From NCBI GenBank assembly GCA_951406725.2, contig OX597815.1, positions 30,690,001 to 30,754,000 on the forward strand: a stretch of 64,000 bases of DNA, in the 5' to 3' direction. Below are positions 41,290 to 55,942 of this stretch, one piece after another. Under the pieces are notes generated by a model. That model searched no databases and was not told the DNA's origin. It saw nothing but the letters and a program-made list of their open reading frames with translations. Source of the stretch: Octopus vulgaris (lineage: Eukaryota). Made by a program: the position numbers and the translations under genes. Within the stretch, counting starts at the first letter, position 1; the number at the start of each line of letters is the position of its first letter.

Positions 41290-41466
41290 CATACATACAC
41301 ATATATACGACGGGCGTCTTTCAGTTTCCGTCTACCAAATCCGCTTATAAGGCTTTGGTCGGCCCGAGGCTATAGTAGAAGGCACTTGCCCATAGTGCCA
41401 CGCAGTGGGACTGAACCCGGAACCATGTGGTTGGTAAGCAGGCTACTTACCACACAGCCACACCTA
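40893..41466 (-). mobile_element. SINE family A copy with expanded internal microsatellite
   Basis: Reverse-complement homology; about 200 bp of (CATA)n/(TA)n inside. Confidence 0.9.
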
Positions 41467-42683
41467 CCCTCTACGTATTTGGTAAGGAAATATTTAAAGA
41501 AGGAAAAGAATTGAGGAATTATTAATTTATACTCCAAATACTATTTTGACTTAAATGATAAGGCTTAGAACTACAAATTCAGATTACTCTTTTTCAATCT
41601 GCTACTTGGAGAAACAACACATTTCGTGTTGTTTTCGTGTTCGATATCAGTAAATATTGAACTAGGCAAGTAAGTAAACTAAGTTTATTAGACAAAGCAT
41701 ACATTTGAAAAAAGATTGCAAGGAATTTAATGAAAAATTAAATTTTTCGATACGTCTGTAAAGAATAAGGTAAACTTGTTTTAGAAATCCTACAAGTATA
41801 ACATTCATTTGAAGATTTTTGATACATGTGGTTGTTCAAATATTGGTCCCGTCTGCAATTACTATATTGGTTTAATGATGTGATAGATGATATTTACAGT
41901 CAGATGGATTGAGCCAGTGACTGTTAAACAAATTGTCATCAATACATCGACCACATATCCGACACCATCGTGACTTGGCTAGCCTGTTTTCTCATCACTA
42001 AAATATAAACAGAATAACATCTATTTTCTTTAATGGAAAATGAAAATAATTTGACCAAGAAAAAATATAAAATAAAATAGTTGAAAAGAAAAGTCAGAAA
42101 TAAAGTAAGACATTTATCGATGAGAATAATAGCTTTTAATAGCTAAAAAGATTTTAAGCTTTTATGAGACAAATACGTATTGAAAGATTTTTTTCGCTCC
42201 CCAGTAAGTTATGGATTTAGTCACTTTCTGAAAGAAGTTCCAGATTATTTTTTATTATCACCAACAGTTTCGATTCAACGCCAAATAAGTAAACAATATG
42301 AATTATTTGTAATAACTACATCTGCGACTGATAGCATAACAAATTCTGTCCGTTTTATGTGCAAAATAAAACAAAGAATTTCATTTCGTGTATATGTATT
42401 TATGCATGCATATATGTATGTATGTGTGAATGCATGCACGAATATAAATAAATATACACATAAAGAATAAAATTCTATGAATGATACATATAAATATATA
42501 TACAATACCATTAATTATAAAAATGCACACACAACGCACATAAACACATGTACATATACACCATTTATGTCTCAATGTATGTATGTTTGCGTATGTGCGT
42601 ACATATGTGTATTTCTATACTTATATAAAGCATATGTATTTGCATATATATATATATATATAATTTAGGCAGCAGTATATATG

Positions 42684-42730
<47 letters not shown>

Positions 42731-42732
42731 AC

Positions 42733-42774
<42 letters not shown>

Positions 42775-42775
42775 T

Positions 42776-42854
<79 letters not shown>

Positions 42855-43644
42855 TATATACACACACACAGACACACACACACATACATACACACACACA
42901 CATATATATACATATCATCATGTTTATGCATATTGTATCATTCTATATATCTGCATGCGCCTATTCATGTATTTGCAATTGCTTACATATGTTTTAAAAT
43001 GATATGAAAATATCTGCAAATTCATATATAATTATATCGGTTTTCTGTTTCTACAAATACACATACATCATGTGTCTCTATGCGTGTTTATTGCATGCAT
43101 AAAGTTTGTATATGCAAGCATTTCATATATATATGTGTATATATGCAATTGTGCATTTATGTCTGTATGTATGTGTTTATGTATGTATGTATGTATGTAT
43201 GTTCACGTCCACAGATATTCATATACACTAAATTATGTATACAAAAGAAAGTGTGCTATTAGTTTGTTTATTTCATGCATTTGTATGTTTGTAACTCAAT
43301 TTTATGCCTTTCACCCATGGGACAGGATGAATCTACAAACTTTGAAATGTCTTTTAGTACAAGATGTTTTCATTGTCTTTTTTTTTCTATTTTTTTTTTT
43401 TTTTTTTACATTTATTTTTCTCTTTACTGCAATTTAACCTGAACATTTCCCTCTGAACATCTGTTTTTCTTGCGATTACCTCTCATGGGTTGTGTGTTGA
43501 TTCTAATAGGGACAGTTTCGAAAAAGAAACCAAAAAAAAAAAACTAATCATTAATATAGTTCTTAATTTCGTTGTTACAACTTATGCTTGATATTTAGGG
43601 CTCCGACCCGCAATCATCTCAAGTAAATGTAGCTAGACAGGTAT

Positions 43645-44033
43645 TCTTTTACATGTTTCAGTTATTTGATAGTGCCCACGCTGGGGCATCACATTAAAGG
43701 GTTTTATTCGAAGAATTCGACCCCAGGACTTATGTTTTGTAAGCCTAGTACTTATTCTACCGAGATCCTTTGCCGAACACTAAGTTACAAGGACATAACA
43801 CACTAACATCGGTTGTCAAGCGACGCGGGGAGGATAAACACACATACAGTCACACAAATATAAATACACAGACACCCCCACACACATACATACGACTAGC
43901 TTCTTTCAGTTTCTGTCAACCATTTCTACTAACAAGGTTATGATCGGTTCGAGGCTATAGTAGAAGATTCTTACCCAAGGGGATAAGCAGTGAGACTGAA
44001 AGCAGAACCATGTGGTTGGGAAGCAAGCTTCTT
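43645..44033 (-). mobile_element. SINE family A copy, diverged and interrupted by a family B SINE
   Basis: Homology to family A. The head resumes near 44290 (ttaccacaaccatgcctg). Confidence 0.8.
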
Positions 44034-44262
44034 ATTTCCTTATTGTCCACAAGGGGCTAAACATAGAGGGGACAAACAAGGACAGACAAAGGGATTAAGT
44101 CGATTACATCGACCCCAGTGCGTAACTGGTACTTAATTTATCGGCCCCGAAAGAATGAAATGCAAAGTCGCCTCGGAGGAATTTGAATTCAGAACATAAA
44201 GACGGACGAAATACCGCTAAGCATTTCGCCCGGTGCGCTAACGATTCTGCCAGCTCGCCACC
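44030..44262 (-). mobile_element. SINE family B copy
   Basis: Reverse complement of 10257-10490, high similarity. Confidence 0.9.
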
Positions 44263-45023
44263 TTGGAGTTAGGTACATCAATGTACAGTCTTACCACAAC
44301 CATGCCTGTATATTTACCTTTTATCATGTACTTGTTTCGGTCACTGGAGTGCGGCCATATTAGAGCAACACCATGAAGTGCTTCACCCGAGTAAATTACC
44401 CCAGTACTTATTTTTGAAGTCTGTTATTTAGTTTACCAGTAGCTTTTGTCGAGCTGCTAAGTTACGTAAACGTAAACAAACCAATACCTAATGTATATAC
44501 AGCTAGCTGCTCGACAGATGCAGCTCACTGTCAGTTCCAATGAACTATTCAACGATCGCTTGACTGGTTCTGGAATGGAAGATATATCGAAGATATAAAG
44601 AAGATTAATTGCTGCAAAATATCAAATGAGTTGGGTCATACTATTCGTCTGAGAGTGGGGAAGAAGGAGAAAACGTGATGGTATCACTTCATTTGTAGGC
44701 AATGATCCTTATGAACCAGGCGATTTGCGATATTTGCTTTTAAAGAGTTAAATAAAATACTGTTATCTAACATTATAAAAATACGTTAGAAATTTCAGAG
44801 GTGAGCAGACGAATAAAACAAAAGGTCCATTTTAATTGACAGCTATTGGAATTATCGATCTCATAATGATAAATCACAGTATCGATCTCAGTTGTATTAA
44901 ACTCGGAATGTGAATAGACTTAATTATATTCCATAAAGTATTTTGAGGCACTCTACTGATTTCAACATGCACTGATTTACCGTGAAATTAAAATGTTTTT
45001 TTTTTTTTTTTGCCTTTCCTTAG

Positions 45024-45089
45024 GTGAAGCAAGATGAGAAACTCTGTGTCTAAAGATTTCCCAGCTGTTGCCATGCTGTTGTTTGAGGG
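45024..45089 (+). other. Candidate isolated exon
   Basis: Long poly-T tract plus gcctttccttag acceptor, and GG|gtaggt donor. An ATG at 45034 opens MRNSVSKDFPAVAMLLFE. No homology recognised. Confidence 0.25.
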
Positions 45090-45990
45090 GTAGGTAGTAT
45101 TTGGTAATTTCACGTCACCTTTTCCTATTTAAGACTATAAGCTTCGTTTTGATGGATATGGATATTTGGTTCCTAATACTAATAAGGTGAGCAGAGTCAT
45201 AATGCTTTTAAAAATTGGTTGAAAACTGCATAGTTTTACAAAGAATGTAGTCAATAAAATCTCATCCAGTACTGTAGTGTTAAGTTTTTACCAGTATTTC
45301 ATATATATATATTTGTGTGTGTGTGTGTGTCTGTCTCTCTTTACAAAGGGGCAAAAATTGATTTTTTAAAAGCCCAAAATACAGGTTTCGATTTTCACAA
45401 AACTTCAGTTGAGGGTCTCAATGATTAGATCATATGTGTCCTCCCTCCAGTTCTTTTTCTGTCGTTCACTCTCTCCCCTGTTTGCTCAATTAGTTAACTT
45501 TCCAACAAAAGCTCATACCCGAACAGGACGCATCAGCTGCATTCACGGCGATGCAAAATTAGCCTCATATATGTAATAGTTATTTTTTTAAAGTTTACAA
45601 AGCTTTTAGTATGTGTGTCTAAATTAAACAAAAAGTAATATAATATCAATACCTTGGGATGCATTTTGAAACAATGAAGATTATGATAAAAGGAAAGCGA
45701 TTAAGAAAGATCGATGCGGTCACTGGATGACCCCCTCCCATCGCCTGTGAACTTTTCTATCACTTTGGCCTCTCTCGCGATACAGGTCAGTCTAGCGCTT
45801 ATGAGATAAATGCAATTAACTGAGAAGTCAATAACTTTGTTATTTGCTCTATTGAACACTCGATAATGATACGAAGGATTGAACTCTTTCCAATTTAATT
45901 TCACTTTGTTTCGCGTTTCAATGACCTCTCTTCGTTTCTTTCTTTTCTTTCAAACTCATTCATTCTTTCTTTAGTTGTTGCTACTGTCTG

Positions 45991-46075
<85 letters not shown>

Positions 46076-46267
46076 AGCATGCCTGTATGCTGTGTGCATG
46101 CATATTTTACTTTTCCCCTCACTCACTCCGTATTTGCCGCTTCGTTCTCTATACGAGTATTCTTCAGCCTTCTCTCTCTCTTTCTCTCTCTCTTTCTTCC
46201 TCTTCTCTGCACACGCACACAAATATACGTGTATGTATAAATCTGTGTATGCGTGTATGCAATACAT

Positions 46268-46300
<33 letters not shown>

Positions 46301-47263
46301 GACACACACACACACACACATATACATGTGTATTGCCCTGCCATTTCAACTCTCGCATTATGCCAACCAGCCCATGAGCTAGTAGGATGCTTGTCCTTGT
46401 AAAACAAACCCTCCCTCAGAGAACAAATTTAGCCAGCTTCCCATCGATTATATGGCTATACATGAGAAAGTTGACCTTTAGCACCGGAGAAATAGATTCC
46501 ATTTAAATTTGAACGAAAGAAACTTTCTCATTAACATAATACAATATAAGATGAATATGAACATCTCTTCTATACCCTAAAGACCGAAGTATTTCTTATC
46601 GGTTAATCAAAGATGATTTATAGAGATTTATACAAATGTATACACATGCACATAATACATCTACGCTCGTTTGTGTGTATATATTTATATATACAATATA
46701 GAGAGATGTTCCAAGCCTTGAGTTTGTTTCATGCAGGTCTCTTGATGACATTAATAATAATGATTTACAAAATTGGCACAAGTTAATAAATTCATGCAGG
46801 ATGAGTTTAGTTAATTACTATCAGTGATAGTAAATGACCTGTGCTTACTTTAGTAACCAAAGAAGGAAGAAACCGAAATGCGACTTTGGTTGAATTTGAA
46901 ATCACAAGGTAAAGGGACCCATATAATTATCTCATAATTATTAACGTGTTCTATTGGCACTCATAGTTTGGGAGAATGGACAAATCAATAAAATCAATCC
47001 TAATGATATTATTTTATCGACTGCGAAAGGTTACAAGGCAAAGTGGGCTGCAGTGGAATTTGATCTTAGAACGAAAAGACGGACGAAATGCCGCTAATTA
47101 TTTTAACCAGTGTGCTAACGATTCTGCCAACTGGACGCCTTCGTTCTGCTGCTAATAATGATCAACTGTAAGAATATTTTATCAACCTCAGCAACATTTG
47201 AGTACATAAATACAGAGTATTTTGGTCGAGGTTCTGCCGACTCTGCTGCTACATCTCCGTCCG

Positions 47264-47318
<55 letters not shown>

Positions 47319-47410
47319 TAATAATAATGAGTATTATTGATAATAATCACGGTCTATATTAGTGGAAGTTGACAATTTATTTTCTTCGCATTATATTACT
47401 AATATGTTAA

Positions 47411-47730
47411 GGCGGCGCGGTCGACTTTGCTTTTCCTCCTTTCGGGGTCGATAAATTAAGTACCAGTTGCGTACTGGGGTTAATCTAATCGACTTACCCT
47501 CTCCCCCAAAATTTCGGGCCTTGTGCCTAGAGTAGAAAAGAATATGTTAAGGCGGCAAGCTGGCAAAACCTTTAGCAAGTCTGGCAAAATATTTAGCGGC
47601 ATTTCGTCCGACTTCGCGTTCTGAGTTCAAATTCCGCCGAGGTCGGATTGATTAATTAAATTCCAGTAAAACACTGGGTTCAATGTAATTGACTAGTCCC
47701 CTCCTACACAATTTCAGGCTTTGCGCCTTT
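47411..47730 (+). mobile_element. Two tandem SINE family B fragments
   Basis: Homology to family B. aatatgttaaggcggc is repeated at 47401 and 47541. Confidence 0.8.
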
Positions 47731-47964
47731 ATATTACTGGTATACATTTCATCATCTCCGAAATCAAACTCGTTGCTGGAACTTCTTTAGCATTTTGCTG
47801 TTGTATATAACAAGATTACAGTTTGAAGAGTAACAGTGACATCTGCCTGTATTGGGGTTGTTAATATTTTTAAATACCCTTTGTGATCTGAATCATAGAT
47901 GTAGAGCTTCAAATTACATTGCAACAAAATTTCACAAGTGACAAATGCATTAAATTAACAATAA

Positions 47965-48131
47965 AGTTGTGGCGAACGAGTCAACAGAAGTTCGCCATTA
48001 CCTTCTGCCGGAGTCGCGTGAAGCTTAGGTGTTTTCGCTCATAAACACACACATCGCCCGGTCTGAGATTTGAACCCGCGATACCTCGACCGCGAGTCCA
48101 CTGCTCTAACCACTAGGCCATGTGCCTCCAC
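47965..48131 (-). mobile_element. tRNA-derived SINE with a well-preserved tRNA head
   Basis: Reverse complement gtggaggcacatggcctagtggttagagc (A box)...gggttcaaatctc (B box), followed by a non-tRNA body. Confidence 0.8.
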
Positions 48132-48139
48132 ACAAGATA

Positions 48140-48523
48140 TCTCTCTCTATATAAACGGCAATTTGTCTGTCTGCGTGTCTGTGTGTCTGTTAGGTTGTAC
48201 CCTCACCCTGACCACGGCTTTCAACTGATTCTGATGAAACTTGACACACACATAGCCCAATGTCATAATTCAAAACTAACACAGCGAAAATTTTGAAAAG
48301 TTCCCCCAGTTCTGAAAAAAATCGATAAATTTGACATGGGGTCGGGAATCAGAAACACAAACCACAGACTGTCTAGGGGACGCAACTCGACCTTTATAAC
48401 TCTCAAAAAAAAATTTACCATAATTCTTTTTCCGTTTTTTTTCTATTTTTTTATATAACTCTCTAAAAATGCTTTATAGTTATTTCCCTTACAAGCCCGA
48501 GCAACGCCGGGCGATACTGCTAG
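48140..48523 (+). mobile_element. Non-autonomous Helitron
   Basis: A|TC 5' end, (tctg)-rich head, hairpin gcccg-agcaacgc-cgggc, and CTAG|T end. Confidence 0.88.
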
Positions 48524-49455
48524 TCAGTGATAAGTGGTACGGAAGGAAGAAAGTATCTTCAACCAAGTAGCCTGATCCGAACGTATGTACAGAGTAGACT
48601 CCACTAAAAGCTCCCAAGGCGCTAAGGGTTGGTATTAAACTGGTGATACTTTATAACGTTATTGTGCAATCTATATTCTCGAATTTACCCCTCCCTAGCT
48701 TTTCAAGACAGGAGGATATAGTTTATAAAAATCTAGTGGCTACTTCTAGCGATTGCAGCAATTACATGGAAGCTCTCCTATTAGTCTACTCAATGATAAT
48801 ATACGGTGAGAGACGTTAGGTGACGTGTAGATAATAGAAATAAATGAATTTCAAGAAATATTTCGGATTTTACAAAATGAACTGAAGATTGTATATTAAA
48901 TGTGTAAAACTGTTCAATCTATTCGGAATTATTAATATGAAGAAATAATATAAAGTGGTTGTGAAGATAATGTAATTAAATTTATTGTTTTGCTGAGAAG
49001 CGAAAATCTCGGTTTATTGCTTCTGTGGTGTTAATTTTGACATCTAAAATAGAAATGGACCTCTGTCGGTTTCGACGAAGAAGAGTATTTCAGTTACTCA
49101 ATCAGCTCAACTCTTCACTCAGTCATCTGTACAGAAGAGTGGGTGTGTATTGCAAAAAGGCTTGTATCCTGAACTAAAAGTGCAACCAAAATCAAGGAGT
49201 CAGTGTGACACAGTCGACCTTTCGAATTACAATGCGTCCAACAAGCTTCCATGAAACTGCCGACGACAGACGTTCGTTGATGAGGCTTGTGTAAGCACGA
49301 GGCTACGGTAAAAGACATTTGGCCAAGATGTCCTGCAATAGGATCGAACTCAGGACAATATGGTGGCGAAGGAAACTTCTATCTTACTCGGCTTAATTTA
49401 CGTACTTTGCTAAATAATACACACATAAAAACACACACGCACTCACACATATATG

Positions 49456-49510
<55 letters not shown>

Positions 49511-49580
49511 ATGTGTGTGTGCGTGTGTGAGTATATATATATATATATGCGTGTCTGTGAATACACACACAAACACACAT

Positions 49581-49624
<44 letters not shown>

Positions 49625-51186
49625 TCGTCTGAATGTATGAGAGTATATATGTATATGCATATACATATGTATATTTATATGTGTATATATATGTATTTAT
49701 ACACACACACATATACATATTTACATATGTATGTATATAAACGCACATACACGCACGAAGACACACGTGTGCTTGCACACGTATATACACTCACTCACAC
49801 ACACACACACACACTTATAAATACTCTTATATATTGTTTAAATTGATGTTCAGTGAACTTGTACTAAATACTAATTACTAAATTGTAATATAAATTATCC
49901 AGGCCAATATCTTTGTGCCACCGACTGATAATTGAATCAGTGAGTCAACTCTCTTGTAGAAACTGTGTTCCGGCGTAGTCTATATATTCTAATAATAAAG
50001 ATCCACTTATAATTGTCATTATTTTAAACTTTATACAGAAACTTTTCTTAAGATACGTCTAAAGAAGTTTACAGTAGAAACAACGCGTATGAGACTGATA
50101 AATGAAGATAAAGTAACTTTAACCACAACAAAAACAAAACATCACGTTAAGAAACAAGCAAAAAAAAAAAATAAAACAAATAATAAAACAAAAAGAAGTA
50201 CCTCAAATGAAAACAAACAGCAATGCTAATATTGATTTCTTATTGAGACTTAAAGTGTTTTCTCGCCAATGTAATAAAGATAAGTGTATTTCTCGATAAA
50301 AGGAGGTGACGCCTGAAGCTGGAAATGATAATGCTCTGCCCAACATGAACGTCATCTAGCTTACTGGATGGCATTCGTAAAATTGCAAGGGAATAAAACC
50401 AGGTATCAGCCTTGAGCCTTATTTACTTGGTTCCTCTTTTATAATCATCACAGGCTAGGATGCATATTCTGATTCAAAGGTATCGTGTACTAAATCGACA
50501 ATCCCCAATGAATTTGTTAAAACATATGGAACTGTTGAAAAAATGGCTAAGGACAATGGAACTTCTCTACGCATGCGCCTGTAGATTGAATGACAACTGT
50601 TGGACTAGGAATTGTGCCATTGGTAATCAGAATGAACCAAGATCTGTGGGATTCGATGATTGACTCTGGGTGGAAGATCTCCTAAGCCTAGTATTTACTC
50701 TGTCGGTCTCTTTGCTGAACTGCTATGTTACAGGGACGTAGACACACCAATACGTCATGTCAACCGATAATGGGTGAACAAACAGACACAAAGAAGCTGC
50801 AGGCTATGCGTAGCCGAATGCATTGAAATCCGGAAAACCTCGTACGTACTAGTGAACATACTGAACTCCAGAACGGAGATTTTCCGGCCGTGCTTGCATT
50901 TCAGGAAATTGCATTATTATACAGTTTTACGAACTGTATAATAATGATAATAGCGGTATTAGCGATAATATTTACACCACGACCGGAAATTGACTACTGA
51001 TTAGAGTGGGAGATAACCCTCTACGTTCTAATCTCACAGCAGACAGGTGGCGTAGCTGAAAGACGGTGACATAGCCGGAAGCCGATGACCAGCGGATGGC
51101 CACCAGGAGAGGGAGATAACCCCAATTGTTTATATCCGGTTCGTTTGCCCCTCCATACTTTAAAGAAGCCATAGGCCAACAATCAT

Positions 51187-51246
51187 TGGGGTCTGATGAT
51201 ACCCCATAAAGATACTCTTTATATTGAGAAACCTACGGTAACCCTA
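51187..51246 (+). ncRNA. Type I hammerhead ribozyme-like motif with intact core
   Basis: tggggt CTGATGA taccccataaagatactctttatattga GAA ACC tac GGT A acccta. Stem I is 6 bp (one GU), stem III is ACC/GGT and the triplet is GUA. Stem II has a 7-bp upper hairpin but a mismatched base. Confidence 0.5.
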
Positions 51247-52025
51247 TAAACAGGCCTTCTCCAGTAATTTATAATATAAATTGGACATGTGAGATTGTTG
51301 TATTCTTTCTTGTCTTGAGGTTCACAGCCAAACGGCTGGGTGGATTTGCATGAAAAATGGCACACATGTGGTGACGGGTGCATATATATGAATGCGGTTT
51401 ATATTTTTTTCCTAGCTCCCATAGTTACCGAGAAAATCGATGAATTTTTCTAATGGAATTCCCCTGTTTGTTCCGCCATTAAAACAAACAGTTGCTCACT
51501 GAGCCGGCACATACCATTTCACTAGCACAAGGGGAGTACAGGATGACAATCAGCCAAAACTTTCTCCATGCTGTCTCTCTTCTTTCACTTCTTTGTGGGG
51601 TTAATAATCTTAATTTTTAGTTACAGCTTCTCATCCAAACTACATAATAGGCAGAATTGTCAGGTTAAGACAGTAGGGTGTTTTGAGGGAGATTTCGCTG
51701 CTATTTCTACCAGGTCAAGTTACCATGTAGAGGTCTGAACTTAATTTTTATTCACATCTTTTAACAATCTTTTCCATAAATCAACTATCGTAAAAATTTT
51801 ACACCATGACCTTTTTTATGTTCATAATTAAATCAATGTTTTAATGATTAGACAGAGGTCAAATAGAATAGCTCTCGGAAAAGACTACATAAAAATTCGT
51901 TCTTCACAACTCCTGAAGCTGTTTTCTGACAATTGGGGGTGGGAGTGGAGTCAGGAAATATTCATGCAGCCGGAAGCTTCAATCGAAACAGGGGACCCAA
52001 AATGATAAGGTTGAGAAATATATAT

Positions 52026-52519
52026 ATATTGATTTGTAGCCTACTCACAAAACCTTGGATTTATAATACAAAGAAATATCATGCTTGATTATGTTCAGAC
52101 CTTCCTTTAGATAATAAACGAAGTGATATACCAAACCCAGGAATCAAAACTATATTTCAAACTACGTTTTGTGCTAGTTTTCAGTTTTGTACATTAATTC
52201 ATGTAGATTTCTAATCGGAGGAACTTTTTATTACGACATCTAAACTGTGAGAAAGAGACGGATAGGTTTTTCTTGAGATTGGTAACCTAAACCGAACGTG
52301 CCATAAAGACAGCCATAGATGTTGCTACTAAATAAACTGATAGATTATGTGTATTACACACAAACAGAAATAGTTCATCGAATATTTTCAAACTTGCCGC
52401 ATACCAAATTGCACTTCCGGAAATTTTGTTGTACCGAGGCTATAACAGAAGATGTTTTTCCCAAAGATAAAAGATGTCACACAGTGAAAACTGCTTAATA
52501 AAGCAGCCATACTTGCATT
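52026..52519 (+). repeat. Arm 1 of a ~490-bp inverted duplication
   Basis: Reverse complement of 58180-58671 with only a few substitutions and short indels. Confidence 0.95.
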
Positions 52520-53889
52520 ATATATAAATATATATATATATATACACACGAAGGGCTTCTATCCGTTTCCAGTTACGAAATCTACTCACAAGGCTTTGGT
52601 CGGCGCAAGGCTATAGCAGAAGAAAATTGCCTCTGGTGCCACGCAGTGGGGCTAGCCGTTTCTTTGAGTTAGTGACATGTGAGCAAGAGCAAAAATCGGT
52701 GTCAGTACAATTGAATGTGAAGTTAAATGAGTTACAACAATAAAGGGAACACAGCAAATGAGGATAACCAACATGGTATCAAGAAGTGTGAAAAACGACC
52801 CGTGGTGGACGGACAACTATTTATGATACAACAACTGGTCAAACAAATCACAAAATCTAATTAATACTATGTTATCACTAAAAATGTAACTCCCAGCACT
52901 CATTTCCATTTCTTTTTATTTTTTAATGAAATTTTGTACTGCAATTGATATTCGAAAAATGCATGTATAACAATTGAGCTACAATAGTCCCTTATTTTTT
53001 GTATGATAAGTAATTTCTGGCGCTACTTTGCCATAAAAGTACCATCTATTTACGTTCGTTCAATATTTTCAATTCCTTGGTCAGCCTTTGCCTCTGTCAT
53101 TCGTTTTTTTTCATCACACAGTATATTTAGAGCGTTAGCGACACAAAACCAACCTATCATTGAAAAAATGTCGTGCATTATTAAAGTTGCTGATGGTTTC
53201 CGTTGTTTGGAATATATTCTTCACTATAAAATGAACACAGGTGACCGACGTGTCAGTGTATGTGGTTGCATTGATAGAACAAAATGTATTTAATAATGAA
53301 AGTAAATCGATGGAACAGTTGCTGTGCAACTGCAAGTATTTTTTCCAAGACTATTTATGATAAGAAAGAAGTATAAAATGGTATTGATATAATTATCGAT
53401 ATATATCTTATTATGCAGGACAACGGGACGAAAACCAGCTGTATGATATGATAAATACGTGATAAGGAACATTTATATGCTGATACAAGAAAATTGCATA
53501 CAATGATTTTTTTATATTTTTAGGTAAAATAAATCTTGACTATTTTTACTTTTCTTGAATTCCTGATATCGTGCTAACACGTGATTCATTTTTTGCAACA
53601 GTATTTCAGATTCAATGTCACACTGTTTCATCCTTATAGTATCTAACACTGAAAGCATTAACAATCGTCACCATTTTGCTATATTTTCTATCATCTTTTT
53701 ACATTACTAATTGTAGCTTTACTACTTGCTCATACTTGCTCATACTTAATCATTCTATATTGCATTTGCGCTCCGTGATGATTCTTGCCTCATGCTGCAT
53801 GCAGAGTATTTAGGTACATATGTTTTATACAGATAACGGTTCTTATCATGATCATTAATTTCCATTAGTGTCTTCTATTCGTTAGTGCC

Positions 53890-54320
53890 GCTATCCAGGT
53901 GAGTCTCAAAGATTCCATAACGTCATCTGGTGGAATAAAAGTCAGTCGATATCGTTATTACATCATCCGCTTTAATGTACTGAATCTTCAGGTCTACTTC
54001 TTGAGTTTCCTAGTACCACCCAAAATGAAATGGAAATAAATATGTTCGAGTGTGTTGAAACATTTTGGCAAGCGTTTATAGTCCGTAGTCCTAAATCTAG
54101 GATAATGGTTGGTGGTTATCTTTCTGAACTTTCAATTTGAAATTTATTTTGTTGTTTCATGGAGCCTTCGTAAAATGTCTAATTATCATATTTTCGCTTA
54201 CTTTTGCATTGAAACGATATACAAGAGGAAACCCCGCCACTACCCCATTTCAAACCTGGTAAGACCTTCTTGTTATGACTTGGAAGGTTTCATCAATAAA
54301 CCACATATTTAGGGAAAGCA
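53890..54320 (-). pseudogene. Decayed MULE (Mutator-like) transposase fragment
   Basis: Minus strand: MWFIDETFQV..YQV; GFPLVY; PPTIILDLGLRTINACQNV; YFHF; ETQEVDLKIQY; LTFIPPDDVMESL (cf. W..DGTF, FP.VY, DFE.A..NA, C.FH, AL.FLP..DV). Confidence 0.65.
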
Positions 54321-55559
54321 GGAAACGGAAATTGTTGTCAGTGGCAAATATAATTATCCAGTTTCGGATGTCCCCAATTATTGTCGCGCAAAAACCGTAA
54401 ATATCTGTATTCTATATTTAAACAAATAAATCCTTTCTGAACAAGTGTTTGATTTTGCTTCTTTGTTAAGTAAGGAATGGTTAGGAATCGAGAAACCATT
54501 TATTTGTTTATGAAACTATACGCTATATGTTGTGGCATCAAAACTCACTCTCTACACACTTTATAAACTTTTATTTCCAATAATTATTTACTTTCATAAG
54601 AAAAACTGCAATATATTATTTCCTAATTAAAGAAGTTGGCTGCCATTCAGATTGTCGCGGCGTGTCCAGATGAGATACATGGCCAATGGGACTAAGCCCC
54701 GAACCAGACCTTCAAGCCGTATCTCTCGATCAGAACATCTGTAAGAGTTGCATTGGTCCGGGCAAATCGCCCGACCGGAAGATGATTGTAGTTCTGGTCG
54801 CTGTTCTCAGTTATTTTACTGTTGGCTTTTTTCTTTCTTTCCGTTTTCTCGTTGTTTCTAATGACTTGGTAGTTATTTCCCTAATTACGTAAACCTATAA
54901 AAAGTGGTATTCTAGTTGTGACCATGGTTCTTCTACCAACAATTGCACTACCCATTAAGTACCCTTTTGTTTCTAAGATGATACAGTACTAAATGAACAA
55001 ACGATTTGTCTCCTATTTCCAGCATGTGTCGTGTCGCCATCATGCTGCTCTCAAATTGCAATCCAGTATGTTTCTAAGGGAACAGCAAATGTTCTACAAT
55101 TTTATCATTATATTTACGGCAAACCAAGTAAAATAAAACAAACAAGACCAAAACAAAAATATTTCTTGCTTACTTAAGCAAAGTAACGTAAATTTGTTTA
55201 CGGCGGAGGGAATGAGATGCTGTCATAGTTATGATGTTCATACCCGTCTCAAGTGTATTACCAGCGTAAATGAAAGTCATAATCTCCAGTATGGAAGAGA
55301 AACCACTTCATGAATTTTGTGTCCTAAGAGCCTATCTCTCCTCATCGATAAAATGACATTGTAATAAATATTATATGAAGGTAAAAAAACAAAATTGATA
55401 CTCTATCATGATTTTAGAGTAGCAAAGTAATAAATGTCCAACAATGGAAAGTTAGTATGGTTATAAAAATGTTTTTTTTAAATATACACAAACACATATT
55501 ATGTTAGGTACACACTCACACATGCACACACAAAACACACATATTTAATATATATTTGG

Positions 55560-55942
<383 letters not shown>

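Noticed and set aside
48060-48131. Possible tRNA gene
   Set aside because: A and B boxes are present, but there is no proper acceptor stem or poly-T terminator and the sequence continues into a SINE body.
53003-53472. Non-repetitive ORFs at 53003, 53135 and 53290
   Set aside because: They are short, overlapping and show no recognisable domain; probably decayed transposon-adjacent sequence.
53833-53898. Exon candidate (tatacag acceptor, CAG|gtgagt donor)
   Set aside because: It has stops in all three frames from that acceptor, and the donor overlaps the MULE remnant.
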